Shown piece by piece: positions 29,977 to 32,000 of a DNA stretch of 32,000 nt. Under the pieces are notes generated by a model. It saw only the letters and a program-made list of their open reading frames with translations, was not told the origin of the DNA and searched no databases. A program made the translations under genes and the position numbers. Each line of letters begins with the position of its first letter. Position 1 is the first letter of the stretch. Origin of the DNA: an archaeon GW2011_AR10 (GTDB taxonomy: Archaea; Iainarchaeota; Iainarchaeia; Iainarchaeales; GW2011-AR10); assembly GCA_000830275.1 (NCBI GenBank), contig CP010424.1, forward strand, positions 90,001 to 122,000, written 5' to 3'.

Positions 29977-32000
29977 TCAGGCAAGCTCAACAAAAAACTC
30001 TTTCTCAAGAAATTTTTCCATTTTTCCTTTCTTTTCAACTATTTTTGTGTTGGTTTCCTTTTCAATCTGCTTTCCGTACTTTTTTAGGAAACCGGCATCA
30101 TTGCAGTGCAAAAACAGTTTTGCTTTCTGGCTTGGCAGAAGGTTCTTCTGCTTCCTCATTTCCTGAATGCGCCGCCTCAATTCAGTTAACTCCCATTCTT
30201 CCTTCAACCCTGCATTTGCTTCCGTTTTCAAGTAAAGAACCGTTTCACCAAAAACTTTTTCAGCATAGGCGCCCTTCGGTGCAAAGCGTGATTCCTTTAC
30301 TTCCTTTACGTTCGTCATCGAAGCGATTATTCCTTTTGCTTTTTTGAACTCATTGCCCGTCTTTGTTTTAATTGCAAGCTCCTTCAGTGGCCAGCGCAGC
30401 CTCAGCTTTTCCTGCTCCCTTAGTGCTAGCACGCTTTGCATTAACTCTTTTGCTTCATCCATTTCTTTCTCCAGCTCCTTATCCACCAGTTTCTTGTTTG
30501 GAAGCGGAAGAAACTGAAGGTGAATGGAATCAGCAGACCGTTTGCTTCTGAATTCCCTGTAAATGAATTCAGTTATGTGCGGAGCAATCGGTGCGAGAAC
30601 TTTCAGCAAAGAGAACAGGGTTTCATTCAGCGTTGCGGTTACGGCTTTCTCGGTTTTTGTTCCAACCCTGTCTCGAACCAGTTTGATGTATGTCCTGCTC
30701 AAGTCTTCAAGCACAAATTCTTCAATTGCTCCAGCCACTTTAAAGAAAGTGTACTTGTCGTAGTTTTCATTAGTTTCCCCAACCAATGAATTAAGCCTGC
30801 TCAAAATCCACTTGTCTTCTTCCTGCAGGTTTTTCAGCTCAAACTTTTTCCCAAAATCCAGTTCCAGGTGCATGTTCACAAAATTGTAAGTGTTCCAGAA
30901 AACATTGAAGAACCTGCTTATATCTTTGAATTCCTCCCAGTCAAACGCTATGTCAAGCCCCCTGGAATTCTTCACCAAGTAATATCGCAGGAAATCTCGG
31001 TTGAATTTTTCAATCACTTCTTTTGGGGAAACAATGTTGCCAAGGCTCTTGGACATCTTCTTCTTTCCCAAATCAGTTACCATTCCGTGCACCACAATGC
31101 TCTTGAACGGCTTTTCGTTAAAGCAGATTGTGGAAGTTATAAGCTGCGAGTTCCACCATCCACGGAACTGGTCTGTGCCCTCCAAGTTGAAGTCAGCTGG
31201 CCACAGCTCTTTAAACTGCTTTGAGTTTGTGCCTCCGAGCGCAGCCCAGCTTGAAACGCCGGAATCAAACCATACATCCAGCACTTCTGGCACGCGGCTC
31301 ATTTCACCATTGCAGCTGCACTTAAGTTTCACCTCATCAATTCCCGGTTTGTGCACATCAATTTTTTTCGCCCCACTCAATTTTTTCAGCTCTTCAATTG
31401 AACCAACCACTCTGCGCTTATCGCATTTCCCGCAAACCCAAATTGGGAGCGGCGCTCCCCAGTAACGCGCCCTCGAAATCGGCCAGTCACCCAACTGTTC
31501 AAGCCAGTTCTGCATCCTGTTCTTTGCCCATGCAGGCACCCAGTTAACCTGTTCATTTAGCTCAAGCATTCTTTTCTGGATGCTGCTTACCTTGAAAAAC
31601 CACTGTGGCACCGACACCATGAGCAATGGGCTCTTGCATCGCCAGCACAAAGGATAATCGTGGGTGTGCGGGTGCGAGTAAATCAATGCATGCTCATTAC
31701 GTAAATCCTCAATAATTTCCTTATCAACAACCCTTGCTTTTTTTCCAGCGTACTTTCCTGCTTCGCTGCTCATTAATCCATCCAATCCAATAGGCGAAAT
31801 TGCAGGCAGCCCTGCTTTTGTGCCTTCCTCCCAGTCCTCTTTTCCGTGGCCTGGAGCAGTGTGCACCAAACCGCTTCCCTCCTCTAGGTTAACGTAGCGT
31901 TCGCTTAAAATCACGCGGTAAGCCCTCTCAAGCTTTGGTAGCTTCAAGTGCTTTGCAAGCGGGTTCTCGTATTCCATGCTATCCAGTTCTCTGCCTGGAA
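29977..32000 (-). CDS. ileS: Isoleucyl-tRNA synthetase, C-terminal about two thirds; partial, runs off the right edge
   Basis: It has GSGLVHTAPGHGKEDW, DWPISRARYWGAPLPIW and KKMSKSLGN (KMSKS). The reading frame stays open upstream of the Met at 31977 to the window end. Confidence 0.9.
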   Translation of the reverse strand, partial: PGRELDSMEYENPLAKHLKLPKLERAYRVILSERYVNLEEGSGLVHTAPGHGKEDWEEGTKAGLPAISPIGLDGLMSSEAGKYAGKKARVVDKEIIEDLRNEHALIYSHPHTHDYPLCWRCKSPLLMVSVPQWFFKVSSIQKRMLELNEQVNWVPAWAKNRMQNWLEQLGDWPISRARYWGAPLPIWVCGKCDKRRVVGSIEELKKLSGAKKIDVHKPGIDEVKLKCSCNGEMSRVPEVLDVWFDSGVSSWAALGGTNSKQFKELWPADFNLEGTDQFRGWWNSQLITSTICFNEKPFKSIVVHGMVTDLGKKKMSKSLGNIVSPKEVIEKFNRDFLRYYLVKNSRGLDIAFDWEEFKDISRFFNVFWNTYNFVNMHLELDFGKKFELKNLQEEDKWILSRLNSLVGETNENYDKYTFFKVAGAIEEFVLEDLSRTYIKLVRDRVGTKTEKAVTATLNETLFSLLKVLAPIAPHITEFIYREFRSKRSADSIHLQFLPLPNKKLVDKELEKEMDEAKELMQSVLALREQEKLRLRWPLKELAIKTKTGNEFKKAKGIIASMTNVKEVKESRFAPKGAYAEKVFGETVLYLKTEANAGLKEEWELTELRRRIQEMRKQKNLLPSQKAKLFLHCNDAGFLKKYGKQIEKETNTKIVEKKGKMEKFLEKEFFVELA

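Overview
This is a 32-kb archaeal chromosomal segment. Evidence for archaeal origin: Alba, Sec61-beta, archaeal-style tRNAs, and AT-rich TATA-type promoters. Genes are compact and often overlap, with strong GGAGGTGA-like Shine-Dalgarno sites and many TTG/GTG starts. A small-genome anaerobe, possibly DPANN-type, is my inference only. Left to right: (1) trxA plus an intein-containing class II ribonucleotide reductase that runs off the left edge; the ORF track missed it. (2) A small [NiFe]-hydrogenase locus: hypC, a DUF6390-like/HypC-like fusion, an EamA transporter, a maturation endopeptidase, and a large subunit paired with an unusually short small subunit. (3) rdgB/HAM1, a tiny TRASH-like Cys protein, and tRNA-Leu(UAG). 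(4) A roughly 12.5-kb metal/thiol island, almost entirely on the minus strand. It starts with a copA-copZ copper efflux operon that has atypical accessory membrane and secreted proteins and a PadR-TRASH regulator. It continues with an 11-gene block whose products, with one exception, each carry an extracytoplasmic or intramembrane cysteine pair. That block contains a Trx-CcdA fusion, a DsbA-like protein, CxxC/Cx3C membrane proteins, two secreted CC...C-x-C/H proteins, two proteins ending in the identical tail VPDMVGGC, and a membrane-tethered wHTH regulator. I regard this block as the best candidate for an undescribed system. (5) tRNA-Val(CAC), then a HerA/DUF87-type ATPase and two small HTH regulators with conspicuous operator arrays. 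(6) A solitary CbiM-PDGLE Ni/Co uptake component, a KH protein, Alba, two paralogous membrane-anchored proteins (one with three Cys-bracketed DxDxDG repeats), Sec61-beta, and the 3' two thirds of ileS running off the right edge. I saw no rRNA, CRISPR array, transposase or integrase. All family assignments come from motif recognition by eye; no database search was run.
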